Shown here piece by piece: positions 39,988 to 50,902 of a stretch of DNA of 64,000 nt. The notes beneath the pieces were generated by a model, which ran no database searches, was not told the origin of the DNA, and worked only from the letters and a program-made list of their open reading frames with translations. Where the stretch lies: positions 12,750 to 76,749 of the forward strand of contig QCUP01000001.1 in the NCBI GenBank assembly GCA_003208885.1, written 5' to 3'. Numbering within the stretch: position 1 is the stretch's first letter; the number at the start of each line of letters is the position of its first letter. The stretch comes from Prochlorococcus sp. AG-679-K21. Its GTDB lineage: Bacteria > Cyanobacteriota > Cyanobacteriia > PCC-6307 > Cyanobiaceae. The translations under genes were made by a program, and so were the position numbers.

Positions 39988-42027
39988 ATGAATAACTATA
40001 AGCTTCAGGCACCTTATGAACCAAACGGTGATCAACCTAAAGCCATTAAGAAGTTAGTTCAAGGAGTTAATAGTGGAAAAGAGTTTCAGACCCTTTTAGG
40101 AGCAACTGGAACGGGAAAAACTTTCACTATTGCTAATGTAATTCAGCAAACTGGAAGACCTGCACTTATTCTGGCTCATAATAAAACTTTAGCGGCTCAA
40201 TTATGTAATGAATTAAGGCAGTTTTTTCCTAAAAATGCTGTTGAGTACTTTATTTCTTACTATGATTATTATCAGCCAGAAGCTTATGTTCCAGTAAGTG
40301 ATACATACATAGCAAAAACTGCTTCAATTAATGAAGAGATTGATATGCTTAGGCATTCTGCTACTCGATCATTATTTGAGAGGAAAGATGTAATTGTTGT
40401 TGCTTCTATTAGTTGTATTTATGGTCTAGGAATACCAAGTGAATATTTAAAAGCTGCTGTTAAATTTGCTGTTGGTCAATCTATAGATTTACGTTCTTCT
40501 CTAAGAGCGCTTGTGGATAATCAATATACAAGAAATGATGTGGAGATTACTAGAGGTAGATTTAGAATAAAGGGAGATGTATTAGAAATTGGACCAGCTT
40601 ATGAAGATAGATTGATAAGAATTGAATTATTTGGAGATGAGATTGAGGCTATTAGATTTGTCGATCCATTAACTGGAGAAATTCTTGAGAGTCTTGATCA
40701 AGTGAGTGTTTACCCAGCAAAGCATTTTGTCACTCCAAAAGAGAGACTAAATTCTGCCATAAGTGCTATTAGAAGTGAATTAAAAGAACAACTTGATAAA
40801 TTTGCTTATGAAGGAAAGTTGTTGGAGGCGCAGCGTTTAGAACAACGCACAAAATATGATTTGGAAATGCTACGAGAAGTTGGTTATTGTAATGGGGTTG
40901 AAAATTATGCACGTCATTTGGCTGGTAGAGAAGAAGGCACTCCTCCAGAATGTTTAATAGATTATTTCCCAAAAGATTGGTTATTAGTAGTTGATGAAAG
41001 TCATGTAACATGTCCGCAATTACATGCAATGTATAACGGTGATCAAGCTAGAAAAAAGGTATTAATAGATCATGGTTTTAGGTTACCGAGTGCTGCAGAT
41101 AATAGACCTTTAAAATGTGAAGAATTTTGGGAAAAATCTAGACAGACATTGTTTATTAGTGCAACTCCTGGTCAATGGGAGTTGGATCAATGTGAAGGCA
41201 AGTTTATTGAACAGGTTATTAGGCCTACAGGTGTTTTAGATCCAATAATTGATGTTAGGCCTAGTGATGGACAAATAGATGATCTTTTATCAGAAATAAG
41301 AGTTAGAGCAAAAAAGGATCAAAGAGTATTGGTTACTACTCTTACAAAAAGGATGGCAGAAGATCTTACAGATTTTTTATCGGATAATAAAGTTAGGGTG
41401 AGATATTTGCATTCTGAAATTCATTCGATTGAAAGGATAGAGATTATTCAAGATCTTAGATTGGGTGAATATGATGTACTGGTTGGAGTGAATTTGCTTA
41501 GAGAAGGACTTGATCTTCCTGAAGTTTCTTTGGTTGCTATTTTAGATGCTGATAAAGAGGGATTTTTGAGAGCAGAGAGGTCGCTAATTCAAACTATTGG
41601 AAGAGCGGCAAGACATGTTGAGGGGGTTGCTTTACTTTATGCAGATAACTTCACACAATCAATGAAAAGAGCGATATCTGAAACTGATAGAAGAAGAACA
41701 ATCCAAAAAAAATATAATCAAATCAATGGCATTATTCCAAAACCTGCAGGTAAGAAAATTGAAAATTCAATATTATCTTTTTTAGAGCTTTCCAGAAAAT
41801 TAGATACTGGAGGATTATCTAAAGATCTTATAAATATTGTTAGTAATAAAACGGATGATATTTTAAATGCTAAAGATAATCAATGTTTATTAGATGAAAT
41901 GCCTAGTTTAATTGACAAGCTAGAAAACAAAATGAAAGATGCAGCAAAAGAACTAAATTTTGAAGAGGCAGCGAATCTAAGAGATAGAATTAAGAAACTT
42001 AGGCAAAAATTATCTAGAAATAGTTAA
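39988..42027 (+). CDS. uvrB: Excinuclease ABC subunit B
   Basis: [35 protein letters not shown]-terminal UVR coiled coil. Confidence 0.98.
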   Translation: MNNYKLQAPYEPNGDQPKAIKKLVQGVNSGKEFQTLLGATGTGKTFTIANVIQQTGRPALILAHNKTLAAQLCNELRQFFPKNAVEYFISYYDYYQPEAYVPVSDTYIAKTASINEEIDMLRHSATRSLFERKDVIVVASISCIYGLGIPSEYLKAAVKFAVGQSIDLRSSLRALVDNQYTRNDVEITRGRFRIKGDVLEIGPAYEDRLIRIELFGDEIEAIRFVDPLTGEILESLDQVSVYPAKHFVTPKERLNSAISAIRSELKEQLDKFAYEGKLLEAQRLEQRTKYDLEMLREVGYCNGVENYARHLAGREEGTPPECLIDYFPKDWLLVVDESHVTCPQLHAMYNGDQARKKVLIDHGFRLPSAADNRPLKCEEFWEKSRQTLFISATPGQWELDQCEGKFIEQVIRPTGVLDPIIDVRPSDGQIDDLLSEIRVRAKKDQRVLVTTLTKRMAEDLTDFLSDNKVRVRYLHSEIHSIERIEIIQDLRLGEYDVLVGVNLLREGLDLPEVSLVAILDADKEGFLRAERSLIQTIGRAARHVEGVALLYADNFTQSMKRAISETDRRRTIQKKYNQINGIIPKPAGKKIENSILSFLELSRKLDTGGLSKDLINIVSNKTDDILNAKDNQCLLDEMPSLIDKLENKMKDAAKELNFEEAANLRDRIKKLRQKLSRNS

Positions 42028-42035
42028 TTAATTAT

Positions 42036-43796
42036 TTATTTATCTAATTCGAAATAAGAATGAATTGCATTGACTGCTTGGTCACAATCCTTCTCTAAGA
42101 CGATACAAGAAGTTCTTATTTCGCTTGTAGCAATCATTTCAATATTAATATTTTTATTAGCAAGTGCTCTAAATATTTTTCCAGCTGTTCCAACCTTAAA
42201 TGCCATTCCTGCTCCAACTGTGCTTACTTTGGCTATCGCTGGTCCATCTTCGATAAATGATCCTGGCAATTTTTTTGTTAAAGAGTGGAAAATTTTATTA
42301 GCTTTTTCTCTATCTTCTTTGTTCATAGTAAAACTAATATCTTTTGTTTTGAATGATGAGAACCTTTCAGATTGAACAATAGTATCAAAAATCAAATGAC
42401 TCTCTGCGAGAGCTAAACAAATTGAAGCTGCTACCCCAGGTTTATCAGGTAGGTTCCTAATACTAACTTGAACTTGATTTTTATCTAATGCAATTCCTCT
42501 TACCTCAGGCTGATCCTCTCTCTCAATTATTGGATTAATAAATATTTGTGTATCAGATAATTTAAATTTCTCACCAACAAATCTTATAGCTTTTGGAATA
42601 TTGTCAATATCAATTACGCAGCTGACTTTGATTTCGCTGGTGGCTATTAATCTTACATTTATGTTTGCTTGGGATAAAGTATCAAATAAATCAGCCGACA
42701 CACTTGGTCTGCCCATTATTCCAGCTCCTTGAATACTTAACTTAGTCATATTTGTTTTGAAATTATATTCGCCACCTAATTTATTTGTTATCAATTTACA
42801 TTGATCAATTGTTTTAGTTAACTCAAACTCATTAACTGTAAATGCAATATCATTACTCTTCCCATCATGTGTAGCTTGGATTATTAAATCAACATTAATG
42901 CTCGCTTTAGACAAGGTTTCAAATATTTGAGCTGCAATTCCAGGTCTATCAGGTAGGTTGGAAATACTAAATACGGTTTGGTTTTCTACTACTTCAAGAC
43001 TATTAACAGTTTTTGTTAATTCTAACCCTCCTCTTTTAAGAGCTAATGGTTTGATTTTGCTATGTAAAAGAGTGCCATTTGAGAATGTTTGACTCGATTT
43101 TACATATAATTTAATTCCATAATTGCGAGCAATTTCTACAGCTCTTGGATGAAGTACTGAAGCACCAACACTCGCAAGTTCTAGCATCTCTTCACAACTA
43201 ATAATATCTAATAATTTTGCACTAGGTACAATTCTTGGATCAGTGGTAAGAACCCCTGGAACATCTGTATATATCTCGCAAGTTTCTGCGCCTAATGCTG
43301 TGGAGAGTGCTACTGCTGAAGTATCTGACCCCCCTCTTCCCAAAGTTGTGATTTCCATTGATCCAGTATGACTAAGAGTTGAGCCTTGAAACCCAGCAAC
43401 AACAACTATGTAACCTTGATCTATATAGTTTTGTATTCGTTCTGTTTTGATATCTAGAATTCTTGCTTTTCCATGAATAGATTCAGTAACAATTCCAACT
43501 TGGCTACCTGTCAAAGATATTGCAGGCATCCCATATTCATTTAATGACATTGAAAGAAGTGCAATAGTCACTTGCTCCCCTGTAGAAAGGAGCATATCTA
43601 ATTCTCGGCTATTGGGATTTTTGCTGATTGATTCTGCTAGTTTATTTAAGTGATCTGTGGAATTACCCATTGCAGATACAACTACGACGATATCATTTCC
43701 AGCTTCTTTACTTTGAACAATACTTTGGGCAATCGCTTTAATTTTTGTAATATCTCCAACCGAAGTACCGCCAAATTTTTTGATTAATAAAGCCAT
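42036..43796 (-). CDS. lysC: Aspartate kinase (cyanobacterial 4-ACT type)
   Basis: KFGGTSV, TTLGRGGSDTSA, TDV.GV.T.DPR; duplicated ACT pairs (PDRPG/PDKPG, IATSEI twice). Confidence 0.96.
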   Translation of the reverse strand: MALLIKKFGGTSVGDITKIKAIAQSIVQSKEAGNDIVVVVSAMGNSTDHLNKLAESISKNPNSRELDMLLSTGEQVTIALLSMSLNEYGMPAISLTGSQVGIVTESIHGKARILDIKTERIQNYIDQGYIVVVAGFQGSTLSHTGSMEITTLGRGGSDTSAVALSTALGAETCEIYTDVPGVLTTDPRIVPSAKLLDIISCEEMLELASVGASVLHPRAVEIARNYGIKLYVKSSQTFSNGTLLHSKIKPLALKRGGLELTKTVNSLEVVENQTVFSISNLPDRPGIAAQIFETLSKASINVDLIIQATHDGKSNDIAFTVNEFELTKTIDQCKLITNKLGGEYNFKTNMTKLSIQGAGIMGRPSVSADLFDTLSQANINVRLIATSEIKVSCVIDIDNIPKAIRFVGEKFKLSDTQIFINPIIEREDQPEVRGIALDKNQVQVSIRNLPDKPGVAASICLALAESHLIFDTIVQSERFSSFKTKDISFTMNKEDREKANKIFHSLTKKLPGSFIEDGPAIAKVSTVGAGMAFKVGTAGKIFRALANKNINIEMIATSEIRTSCIVLEKDCDQAVNAIHSYFELDK

Positions 43797-43835
43797 ATTT
43801 AAATCATAATATAAATTATCAAACTTAATATTTGA

Positions 43836-44837
43836 TTAACTTAAGTTAACGAGATTTTCTGTAAAAACATTAATAGGATTATTACCTTTTTTTAGTGATG
43901 ATTCAATATCTAATAAATTACTCATCAATTTAATTAAGAAATCTGAGGATGTATTATTTACTTTTTTACGGATAAAAAAAATTCTTTTTGGGTTAGATAT
44001 ATTTGCAAGTTTGCATATTTTTGCTAAATCTTGTTCACCAGATTTATAAAGTAATTTTACTATGGTATGCATTCTGATTTGACTTATTAATCCCGCATTG
44101 AGCTTTAACGCAGGTTCTCCTTTTTTTAATAAATAATGGATTTCAATAAGACTCTCATTAATATTATTTTGTAATAGATGATCGATTATTTTAAAAATAT
44201 TTGCCTGATGATCATTAAATATTTTTTTTACATCATCACTGTTTAGAATAAGTTTTTTGTTTTCATTATTATTCGATGCAGATAGATATATCTTTGCTTT
44301 AGCTAATTCGCTCATTAAGTTAAAACTATCATTTCCAACTGAATTAATAATTAAATCGGCTGTCCCTTTGCCTAGACTAATATTCATCGAATTTGCGGTG
44401 ATCTCTAGGTATCTTTTCTGGCCTTCATAATCCCAGATATCTGGCAAAGAAAATGATGTTTCAATTGCTAAATCTTTGTTAATTAAATTTTGAATAAATT
44501 TTGTACTCTTGAGTCTTGAATCCGGTTTTTTTGTATTTTGTAAAAGAAAGTAAGTTTTACTTGGAATGTTTTGATAAATTTTTTCAAATTTGATTCTTAT
44601 TTCATCATTTTTATTTGTGAATATTGGGTTATTTTTTAATACAATTACTCGTGATCCATTCCCTAAAGGAGGCGTTAATATTTCATCAAATGCTTGTTTG
44701 ATTTGATTATCATCGTCACCATTTAAATAGCTAATATTTAATTCTCCCCATGCTTTGGATACTTTTTCATCAATTATTTTTTTAATAAAATTATTACATG
44801 CATTTAAATCATTTCCCCATATTATATGTATTGGCAT
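43836..44837 (-). CDS. holA: DNA polymerase III delta subunit
   Basis: IHIIWG.D, TPP.G.G.R.IV, KPDSRLK, L..ELAK, LLDIE..LK.G. Confidence 0.85.
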   Translation of the reverse strand: MPIHIIWGNDLNACNNFIKKIIDEKVSKAWGELNISYLNGDDDNQIKQAFDEILTPPLGNGSRVIVLKNNPIFTNKNDEIRIKFEKIYQNIPSKTYFLLQNTKKPDSRLKSTKFIQNLINKDLAIETSFSLPDIWDYEGQKRYLEITANSMNISLGKGTADLIINSVGNDSFNLMSELAKAKIYLSASNNNENKKLILNSDDVKKIFNDHQANIFKIIDHLLQNNINESLIEIHYLLKKGEPALKLNAGLISQIRMHTIVKLLYKSGEQDLAKICKLANISNPKRIFFIRKKVNNTSSDFLIKLMSNLLDIESSLKKGNNPINVFTENLVNLS

Positions 44838-44901
44838 ATTTGCAAAAAAAGGACTTATTATAATTATGCTTCCTTATTAATATAAGATAAATTAAATTTT
44901 A

Positions 44902-45525
44902 ATGATAAAAGATCATCCTATTTTTTTAGAAAGTATTAGATTTATTAAATCTAATTTGAATGAAAATAATTTTAATTACTTAGAAAATAAAGTTTTAGAA
45001 AGATTAGTGCATACCTCAGGTGATTTTAATATTCAGAAACTTTTGGAATTTAGTGAAGGAGCGTGTGAACAAGCTGTAAGATCTCTAAAAGAGGGAGCAC
45101 CAATATTGACTGATACTGATATGGCTGCTGCAGCTATTGAATCAATGGCAAAAAATACCAATGGAAATAAAGTTGTTTCTGCAAAAAAATGGTTTAATGA
45201 TCAAGATTTCTTAGGATTAACTAAAACTGCTTATGGGATAGAAAAAGGTTGGATTGAATTATCAGCCAAAAATTTAGGAAGTCAATCACCAATTATTGTT
45301 ATTGGAAGTTCGCCAACTGCATTAGTCAATTTATTAGAGATTCTAAAGACTTCAAAGCAGATTCCTAGTTTAATTATTGGAATGCCTGTAGGTTTTATTG
45401 GGGTTAGACAAAGTAAAAATAAATTACTCAATACTACTTATCCTAAAATTATTGTTCACTCTACGAGAGGAGGTGCTGCAATGGCCGCCGCAGCTGTTAA
45501 TGCCTTATTAAGAGAAACTATCTAA
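44902..45525 (+). CDS. cobH: Precorrin-8X methylmutase
   Basis: I..ES, RLVHTSGDF, D..MA, IGSSPTAL, GMPVGFIG, RGGAAMAAA. Confidence 0.93.
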   Translation: MIKDHPIFLESIRFIKSNLNENNFNYLENKVLERLVHTSGDFNIQKLLEFSEGACEQAVRSLKEGAPILTDTDMAAAAIESMAKNTNGNKVVSAKKWFNDQDFLGLTKTAYGIEKGWIELSAKNLGSQSPIIVIGSSPTALVNLLEILKTSKQIPSLIIGMPVGFIGVRQSKNKLLNTTYPKIIVHSTRGGAAMAAAAVNALLRETI

Positions 45526-45555
45526 AATAATTTTTATAAAATTTGTTTGGATAGT

Positions 45556-48303
45556 TTATTTAATTTTAATTTGAGAATTCAACTGATTGTTTTTTTCTAG
45601 ATAATCTAAAACTAATCTAGCTTTATCAACAACTTCTTTAGGAACACCGGCTAACTTTGCAGCTTCAATGCCGTAACTTTTGTTCGCACCACCTTTTTCA
45701 ATTTTATGACAAAAAAATAGTTCATCTTTTTTCTGTTTAACTAATACTTGAAAATTTTCTATATTTGTATTTGTATTCTTAAGGTAATTTAGTTCATGGT
45801 AATGAGTAGCAAAAATGGTATTACATACAATTTTCTTTGCAAGATATTCACTTACTGACCATGCTATTGATAGTCCATCAAAAGTAGATGTTCCTCTTCC
45901 TATCTCATCAAGTAAGACAAGAGAGTTAGGTGTCGCTTGATTTAGTATTGATGCCGTCTCTGACATTTCTACCATGAATGTAGATTGTCCAGAGGATTGA
46001 TCATCTACGGCTCCAATTCTTGTAAATATTCGATCTGCGATTTGAATTTCCGCTTTGCTTGCAGGGACGAAACTACCAATTTGAGATAAAATTTGTATTA
46101 ATCCTATTTGTCTAATAAAGCAACTCTTTCCACTTGCATTGGGACCAGTTAATATTATTAATTTTTGCTTATTATTAAACAAAATATCATTAGTTATAAA
46201 TTGTTTATTAGTCAATAGTTGTTCAACGATAGGATTTCGTCCGGCAATAATTTTTGTGCTCTGTTGAGCTGTTGAATTATTAATGGGTAACAGAGTAGGT
46301 TTTATGAAATTATTTTCAAATGATGTAATTGCTAAACCAAGTAATGCATCCATACAGGCTATAGATTTTGCAATGGATCTAATTCTTTTTGTTTTTGAAG
46401 CTACAAGATTACGTATTTCGCAAAATAATTCATACTCTTTGGCAGCTGCCCGGTTTTTGATTTGAAATATTTTACTTTCTCTGTTTTTGATTTCTGTAGT
46501 TACATATCTTTCTTCGTTAGTAAGAGTTTGTCTTTTGATCCAATGAGCTGGTGCCAAATTGACTTTAGATTTATTTATTGAAATGTAATAACCAAAGTTT
46601 TTATGGAATTGAATTTTTAAATTTGATATTTTACTAATTTTTCTTTCTTTTAATTCTTCTTGATTCAACCAATCTGAGTAGTCGTCTATTAAATTACGTA
46701 AGCCATCTAATATATTATCAACTCCATCATGAATAATGCCTCCTTCACTAGTATTTAAAGGGGGGCTTTCTACTAACTTAAAACTTATTAGATCTGCTAA
46801 CTCTAAAAGCTCATAATCGACATTTTTTAATTGATCTGTCCAAGATGGGATTTCATATTTAAATAATTCGACAATTGACTTTAATTTTGGTAATTTTTTT
46901 AGACCTTCTGATATTGCTATCAAATCTCTTGGACTGGCATGACCCGCACAGGCTCTGCCTGAAAGTCTTTCTAAATCACCCATTGCTCTAAGTATATTTT
47001 GAGTATCTAAACGTAACTTTTTAGACTCTAAAAAGTTTGAAATAATATTTTGTCTTTTATAAATCTCATTAATATTTAATAAGGGAGAGTCTATCCACCT
47101 TCTTAAACATCTAGCTCCCATGCAAGTATATGTTCTATCAATACTCCAAAGAAGCGAGCCAGCATAGTTTTTTTCTCTTTGAGTATGTTTGATTTCTAAA
47201 TTTTTTTGAGTTTGATAATCAATAATTAAATGATCTTTTGGAAATTGTATTTGTGGGAAATCTAAAGAAATTTTTAGAGAAGAATCATTCTCTAAATTGG
47301 AAGGATTGATTTTTCCCAAATAATTTAGTAATCCTCCAAGTGCTTGAGTCGCATTATTTAAATTCTTTAGTCCTAGACCCTCTAAACTCAGTATTTTGAA
47401 ATAGTTTTTTATAGTTGAAGTTGCTTCATTAATACTGAAAAAAGTCTCTTGAGTAACTGTATATGTGATTTGGTTATTTTGTTCCTCTAATAGCTTTTTA
47501 TCCTCATTCCTTCCTAGGATGATTTCTGATGTATCCAATTTAATGATTTCATCAAATAGTTTTGAGAGTGATTTGCCCTCCATAGTTAGTAATTCCCCTG
47601 TACTTACATCAGCTCTGGAAATTCCCCATTCATATAAATCCTCAGAAATTTCATCTGATAAATGTATTGCTGTTATCCAATTATTTTTTTTCGCAACCAA
47701 CATACCCTCTTCAATGACAGTACCTGGGGTTATTATTCTTGTAATCCCTCTTTTAAGAGGTATGCCGTAATTTCCAGTACTTTTTTCTAACTGATCACAT
47801 ATAACTACTGAATAGTTTTTTTTAATTAATTCGGCGCAGTATCTCTCCATTGCATGATGAGGTACTCCTGCCATAGGAATTTTACCAATTTCTTTACCTG
47901 CATCTTTGCTAGTTAAGGTTATTTCTAATAGGTTAGATATTAATACAGCATCTTCAAAAAAACATTCAAAAAAGTCACCTAATCTATATAACAACAATCT
48001 ATTGTTGTTTTCTTCCTTTAATGTCACATAATGTTTGAGAACTGGAGTTAATTTTTGTTTTTCAACTGTTTTAAAACTATATGACTTTTCATTAATGCAA
48101 TCATGCTTTCTTTCAGCATTTGAATCATTCTTGAATTTATTTATTAAATTAGTAGAATTTTTTCTTTGCCTCGGCCTTTTCTGCGACTCTTTTTTTAATT
48201 CTTCAGTAGATAAGTCTTCAGCAATTTGACTTGAGTTGTTTGAACATTTAAGTTCATGATTAATTGCAAATAAATCCTTTTGAATTATCTTATCTTCTTG
48301 CAT
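45556..48303 (-). CDS. mutS: DNA mismatch repair protein MutS
   Basis: [49 protein letters not shown]. Confidence 0.97.
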   Translation of the reverse strand: MQEDKIIQKDLFAINHELKCSNNSSQIAEDLSTEELKKESQKRPRQRKNSTNLINKFKNDSNAERKHDCINEKSYSFKTVEKQKLTPVLKHYVTLKEENNNRLLLYRLGDFFECFFEDAVLISNLLEITLTSKDAGKEIGKIPMAGVPHHAMERYCAELIKKNYSVVICDQLEKSTGNYGIPLKRGITRIITPGTVIEEGMLVAKKNNWITAIHLSDEISEDLYEWGISRADVSTGELLTMEGKSLSKLFDEIIKLDTSEIILGRNEDKKLLEEQNNQITYTVTQETFFSINEATSTIKNYFKILSLEGLGLKNLNNATQALGGLLNYLGKINPSNLENDSSLKISLDFPQIQFPKDHLIIDYQTQKNLEIKHTQREKNYAGSLLWSIDRTYTCMGARCLRRWIDSPLLNINEIYKRQNIISNFLESKKLRLDTQNILRAMGDLERLSGRACAGHASPRDLIAISEGLKKLPKLKSIVELFKYEIPSWTDQLKNVDYELLELADLISFKLVESPPLNTSEGGIIHDGVDNILDGLRNLIDDYSDWLNQEELKERKISKISNLKIQFHKNFGYYISINKSKVNLAPAHWIKRQTLTNEERYVTTEIKNRESKIFQIKNRAAAKEYELFCEIRNLVASKTKRIRSIAKSIACMDALLGLAITSFENNFIKPTLLPINNSTAQQSTKIIAGRNPIVEQLLTNKQFITNDILFNNKQKLIILTGPNASGKSCFIRQIGLIQILSQIGSFVPASKAEIQIADRIFTRIGAVDDQSSGQSTFMVEMSETASILNQATPNSLVLLDEIGRGTSTFDGLSIAWSVSEYLAKKIVCNTIFATHYHELNYLKNTNTNIENFQVLVKQKKDELFFCHKIEKGGANKSYGIEAAKLAGVPKEVVDKARLVLDYLEKNNQLNSQIKIK

Positions 48304-48444
48304 CTTTTTATTATTTCTAAATAGATATTAGGAACTAATTTTAGTTTTGCATTTTAAAACTGACTAAACGTATGTAAATTTTCTCCAAAAATATTCATTT
48401 TCATGAGATCATAGTATTTATAATTTAAAAAATAAGTTTGAATC

Positions 48445-48642
48445 ATGCAGGCAGTTAATTTTTTCTTCGTAAATGCTCTTTTATTTGCTTCTCTTATCGC
48501 AGTAGTAGGAGTTCCCGTTTTATATGTAACACAACCCTCCACTGAAGAAGGACAGAAAGAGAGTAGAAGAAAAATATATTCTATTGCCGCAGTTTGGGTC
48601 GTTTTAGTTTTTGCTACTGGGATTGTTTCAGCCTTAGTTTGA
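48445..48642 (+). CDS. psbZ: Photosystem II protein Z
   Basis: Two TM helices, VVGVPVLY motif, W in helix 2; upstream of ribH as in cyanobacteria. Confidence 0.85.
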   Translation: MQAVNFFFVNALLFASLIAVVGVPVLYVTQPSTEEGQKESRRKIYSIAAVWVVLVFATGIVSALV

Positions 48643-48690
48643 ACTTAGTACCTTTTCATGAGAGTGTAGATATATAAGAAAGAAAATTTA

Positions 48691-49167
48691 ATGACTATCT
48701 TTGAGGGATCTTTTACCAATGCTTCTACTTTAAAAGTTGGAATTGTTGTAGCAAGATTTAATGATTTAATTACTAATAAAATATTATCTGGGTGTCTTGA
48801 TTGCCTTAAAAGGCATGGTTTAGATACTTCAGAAACAAGTAAAGAACTTGATATTGTTTGGGTTCCTGGTTCATTTGAACTGCCAATAGCAGCTAAAACA
48901 CTCTTGAAAAAAACTAACTATGACGTTTTAATTGCTCTTGGGGCTGTTATTCGAGGTGAAACCTCTCATTATGACGTTGTTATTTCTGAGGCTAGTAAGG
49001 GTATTTCACAAGTTTCATATGAAAATAATGTTCCAATTATTTTTGGTGTTTTAACTACTGATAGTATGCAACAGGCTTTAGAAAGAGCAGGGATAAAAAA
49101 TAATCTTGGTTGGAACTATGCTTTACAAGCAATTGAGATGGGCTCTTTAATCAAAAATTTAAATTAG
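48691..49167 (+). CDS. ribH: 6,7-dimethyl-8-ribityllumazine synthase
   Basis: [37 protein letters not shown]. Confidence 0.97.
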   Translation: MTIFEGSFTNASTLKVGIVVARFNDLITNKILSGCLDCLKRHGLDTSETSKELDIVWVPGSFELPIAAKTLLKKTNYDVLIALGAVIRGETSHYDVVISEASKGISQVSYENNVPIIFGVLTTDSMQQALERAGIKNNLGWNYALQAIEMGSLIKNLN

Positions 49168-49229
49168 TTTCAAAAAAAGTAAGGTTTTGTTCATTTCATT
49201 CCTTTTTTAAGATAAAATAAACTAGCGAT

Positions 49230-49301
49230 GCGGATGTAGCTCAGTGGTAGAGCATCTCCTTGCCAAGGAGAATGTCGAGAGTTCGAATCTCTTCATCCGC
49301 T
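49230..49301 (+). tRNA. tRNA-Gly (GCC)
   Basis: GCGGATG/CATCCGC acceptor stem, anticodon arm CTCC-TTGCCAA-GGAG, GAGAGTTCGAATCTCTT T-arm. Confidence 0.96.
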
Positions 49302-49415
49302 TATTAATATATTTAATTGGCAACCTTTATATTCTGCTAAATCAGATTATTTGAATGATGTCTTTTTTTAATACAAAATTTGAAATATAATTTATATATG
49401 AATATGAATTTTTAA

Positions 49416-49847
49416 ATGCCACCTACTGTTTCTATTGAGGATTTAAGGGGATTATTTACTAAACCTTATGGAGAAGATGCACCAACAAAAGAAAAGTGGG
49501 CAGAGTTTTATAATGAGAATGTTACCTTCATTGATCCAACACAAGAAACGAAAGGATTAGATTCTTACGTAGAGGCTCAAGAAAAGCTGGTTAAAAGATG
49601 CGATGATGTTTATTTGGAAACTCATGCAATATCAATTAGTGGGAACTGTGGATTTGTAGAATGGACTATGGGTTTAAAAATTATGGGTAAAGAATTTATA
49701 TATCCCGGCACGACACGGCTAATATTTTCTGAAAATGGCTTAATCCAAGAACACAGAGATTATTTTGATTTTTGTGGCCCAACCTTTGGCCCAGTTCCTA
49801 TTCTCGGTTCGTTTATAAGGTGGCTTTATTCAAGATTTATCTCTTAA
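49416..49847 (+). CDS. SnoaL/NTF2-like domain protein
   Basis: FY..NV.F.DP, W.M, G.T.L.F...GLI..HRDYFD. Confidence 0.82.
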   Translation: MPPTVSIEDLRGLFTKPYGEDAPTKEKWAEFYNENVTFIDPTQETKGLDSYVEAQEKLVKRCDDVYLETHAISISGNCGFVEWTMGLKIMGKEFIYPGTTRLIFSENGLIQEHRDYFDFCGPTFGPVPILGSFIRWLYSRFIS

Positions 49848-49879
49848 AGATCCAAGACATTAGTATAATATTTAAAATT

Positions 49880-50269
49880 TTGAATAATATTTTTCAAACA
49901 AATAAATATCAAATATTAAGATTTTTTATTTCAGGATTAATTGCAACATTTATAAATTTCTTAGTTTTTAATTCATTTTATTTAATTTTTAAAAACATAA
50001 TATTTGCTTCCTTATTTGGCTATTCGACAGGACTTTTATCATCATTTATTTTTGCAAAGATTTGGGTTTTTAGAGATGATTTACAAAAAAAAATAATTAA
50101 ATCTTTTTTTATTTTTTGTCTTATTTATTTTTTAGGAGGTTTAGAAATGTCTTTAATAATTATTTTTTTGAGTCGATTAATTGATAATTATAAGATTGCT
50201 TGGTTGATAGGAGCATTTATTGGCTCCTTAAATAATTATTTAGGTTCAAAATATTTTGTGTTTAAGTAG
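49880..50269 (+). CDS. GtrA-family membrane protein (likely TTG start 49880; track start 49772)
   Basis: LRFFISGLIAT.INF, K.WVF, NYLGSKYFVF; four TM segments; TATAAT at 49864-49869. Confidence 0.8.
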   Translation: MNNIFQTNKYQILRFFISGLIATFINFLVFNSFYLIFKNIIFASLFGYSTGLLSSFIFAKIWVFRDDLQKKIIKSFFIFCLIYFLGGLEMSLIIIFLSRLIDNYKIAWLIGAFIGSLNNYLGSKYFVFK

Positions 50270-50273
50270 TAAT

Positions 50274-50729
50274 TTATATTTCGTGTACTAACAAATTTTG
50301 TGAAGTAACTTCTTTGAAATCAACTTGCGAATAAAACATTTTTTTGCTCGTAGTCATTAAATATATTTTCTTAGTATGTTTTATTTTCTTTGATTCTAAA
50401 AGATTTTTCACAATCATCTTGCCGTAACCTTTCCCTTGATGATCTTGATCAATTACTATATCCCATAAAACGCCTCTATATATACTATCTGACAAAGCTC
50501 TCCCAAAACCAACTGGTTCATTATTAAACCAGATACTTATAATAACATCGCTATTAGCAAGACATTTTTTTAGGTCTTTAATCTTTCTATTCTCAGCCCA
50601 AAATGCATTACGATGTAAAAATTTCTGAAGTTTAAATAATCCTTTAGTGGGTTTGAGATTAGGACCTAAACCAAATAATCTTAATCCAAGAGCACCTTTT
50701 GAATGTTTAATTAAAAATACTGGTTTCAT
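50274..50729 (-). CDS. GNAT acetyltransferase (Ycf52-like)
   Basis: VGFGRALSD, WDIVI..DHQGKGYGK (motif A), FY...F. Confidence 0.85.
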   Translation of the reverse strand: MKPVFLIKHSKGALGLRLFGLGPNLKPTKGLFKLQKFLHRNAFWAENRKIKDLKKCLANSDVIISIWFNNEPVGFGRALSDSIYRGVLWDIVIDQDHQGKGYGKMIVKNLLESKKIKHTKKIYLMTTSKKMFYSQVDFKEVTSQNLLVHEI

Positions 50730-50902
50730 AAGTTTGGAAATTCTAAAATTTTGATAGAAAAGTAACTTCTTGGGTAACTTTGATTTAACACCTTAATCGA
50801 TAACTTTTAAAAAAATAAAGAGATAATAGATTTACTCATTTAGTTGTAACGCACTAATTTATAATGATTGTAATAGGATTAATTTTTAGAGGAAAAACAA
50901 TT

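Noticed and set aside
49772-49879. N-terminal extension of the GtrA ORF in the track
   Set aside because: Overlaps the SnoaL gene; the GtrA domain and a TATAAT support a start at TTG 49880.
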